Shown here piece after piece: positions 63,401 to 64,000 of a stretch of 64,000 bases of DNA. Origin of the DNA: Eledone cirrhosa (Eukaryota); NCBI GenBank assembly GCA_964016885.1, contig OZ024740.1, positions 428,606,001 to 428,670,000 of the forward strand, given 5' to 3'. Position 1 is the stretch's first letter; each line of letters starts with the position of its first letter. A model generated the notes under the pieces. That model saw nothing but the letters and a program-made list of their open reading frames with translations, made no database searches and was not told the origin of the DNA. The position numbers and the translations under genes are program-made.

Positions 63401-64000
63401 TAAGAGTTCTGTCAAGGTTGACCATGCAGGTCACTAATTTGTGGTCTGAATAGCCAACAATGCGCATTTTTGGACAACTTAAAAAGTCCTTATCCTTAAT
63501 TCTAACTAAGAACCTATCTAGGTACGACCTAGATGATCCGCTACGATTTGCCCAAGTCCAGGTTGGCGCAGTCGGAAAATCTAGTCGATATCTATCGGCC
63601 AGGTCAAATCGACCGATTAACCCTTTGAGGCTATTACACCCCTCTCTATCGGGGCAGGCCCCTACGTAGTCCCAGCGTGCATCTAGGATACCATTCCAGT
63701 CCCCCACTAATAGCAAGGAGCGGGACGTCCCTAGAAAAGTCTCCAGACGATGGAAGAAGTCCGGCCGCATTGACCCGAAAGGGCCGTAGGCGGCTACCAA
63801 CCTAAACGCTCCGCCTTTACCACTGCCAAGGTCCAGAACCACTAGTCGACCCTCCGGGTCCAAATGTACCATCTGTGTTGCGAGACCCAGATGTTTTTGC
63901 AGCAGAACGACAACTCCACCCCCACCTCCGGGCTGACAGAGAGATGCGTGCATCTCAAAGTCATCAAAGGTGGGGGCCAGCTGTCGCACGTTGCTGATCC
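60421..64000 (-). mobile_element. Tx1-type LINE copy I (continues beyond the window)
   Basis: 3' UTR ends at (GATA)n 60400-60419; uninterrupted ORF2. Confidence 0.93.
60684..64000 (-). CDS. ORF2 (APE-RT-CCHC), open throughout, N-terminus outside the window
   Basis: Over 1100 aa with GDWN, SDH, YADD and CPRC..H..HC motifs. Confidence 0.95.
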   Translation of the reverse strand, partial: ISNVRQLAPTFDDFEMHASLCQPGGGGGVVVLLQKHLGLATQMVHLDPEGRLVVLDLGSGKGGAFRLVAAYGPFGSMRPDFFHRLETFLGTSRSLLLVGDWNGILDARWDYVGACPDREGCNSLKGLIGRFDLADRYRLDFPTAPTWTWANRSGSSRSYLDRFLVRIKDKDFLSCPKMRIVGYSDHKLVTCMVNLDRTLRQGPGYWKLNLSLPASRAYRNRISTLVKERLTGAIVNSRWWVSLKREIRVVSIEFSKVLAADRNRKERELIDRVEEAIRSGDVARVLASRTALSQFFDAKHEGCVVRSKIRALGNEGTKAVSWARVTEANSGTKSTIRSLQDLDGRAILEPKQMCEAFQRHFARLFGRGGEPVGNVDFGPYLDGLPRLSDREAKSCEEPISAAEIEDVLSQCGKRKSPGLDGLPYELYLAMPDLFPDLLEAVYCNWQQNGRIPCTVTKGVVTLVRKDENKGDEISNFRPITLLNTELQILAKVLAKRLALVVGNLVGDAQTCAIPSRSIHDNLHLMRYIIERVGNEPGFGGALINLDQSKAFDRVDHGYLDAVLAAAGFGPVFRGWITAMHSSRICSRVKVNGYLSEPFKIARSIRQGCPLSSLLYVLTLEPLLRKLELLQGIPLEPGLRKAVSAYADDVTVMVSTASEIEAVGTLLEEYEKFTGAKLNRDKSIGLQLGTWRGRPMPSDSVVGRWTEGPVKLLGVWFGPDLQVEKNWTEVTNRVFALTQKWASCKLSLKGRAEVANTYIASVIYYRLTVVPCPRETLTKMERALFQFLWKRRAPMVRRSICCQHPSKGGLGMPWLMMRKHALRLRHLYVFLTGQPVWASFVRRTFPKLVSLTELQSWVKQRPRKLGAWHTECAQALTALWQADPVISGDSTATFYRGLVRSRCDDALGEALDMEEDELASLFGRTFSPGPMDNFQKSLAWQCYRGALPVRERLYRHGRPGRDPAKKICPRCVCDEETVAHALVHCSGVADLWGYVEQLLSRVGPIRLTTESIVMIKPPPPFKDEAEAVFLCVIAMAKEVVWWTRLKGLRSGTFLSGQQLVRFFRYHFGRRIRMEREVLHPSRFYERWVKVARMARVNGPSLYIRL

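Overview
Eukaryotic, AT-rich, microsatellite-dense DNA with no confidently identifiable host gene. The SINE family present suggests an octopus or other coleoid cephalopod (inference). Positions 1-8138 are a 75-bp satellite with higher-order block structure. The rest is dominated by retroelements sitting in microsatellites. (1) At least nine copies of an L1/Tx1-type LINE are present: one near full-length at 25013-30712 (-), two long copies at 45124-49912 (+) and 60421-64000 (-), and a head-to-tail train of truncated copies at 50840-54276. Nearly all visible 5' and 3' junctions abut (TATC)n/(GATA)n, which suggests microsatellite targeting. (2) Many (TA)n-flanked asymmetric fold-back elements carry type I hammerhead ribozyme motifs, about a dozen read by eye. 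One retains the C-terminus of a Penelope-like GIY-YIG endonuclease. Three diverged hammerheads share a conserved extra domain in stem II. Also present: a decayed R4/Dong-type LINE, CRE-type and RTE fragments, two non-autonomous Helitrons, hAT and mariner MITEs, a Tc1 remnant, tRNA-derived SINEs and a 200-N gap. All RNA structures were paired by eye and no database searches were run.
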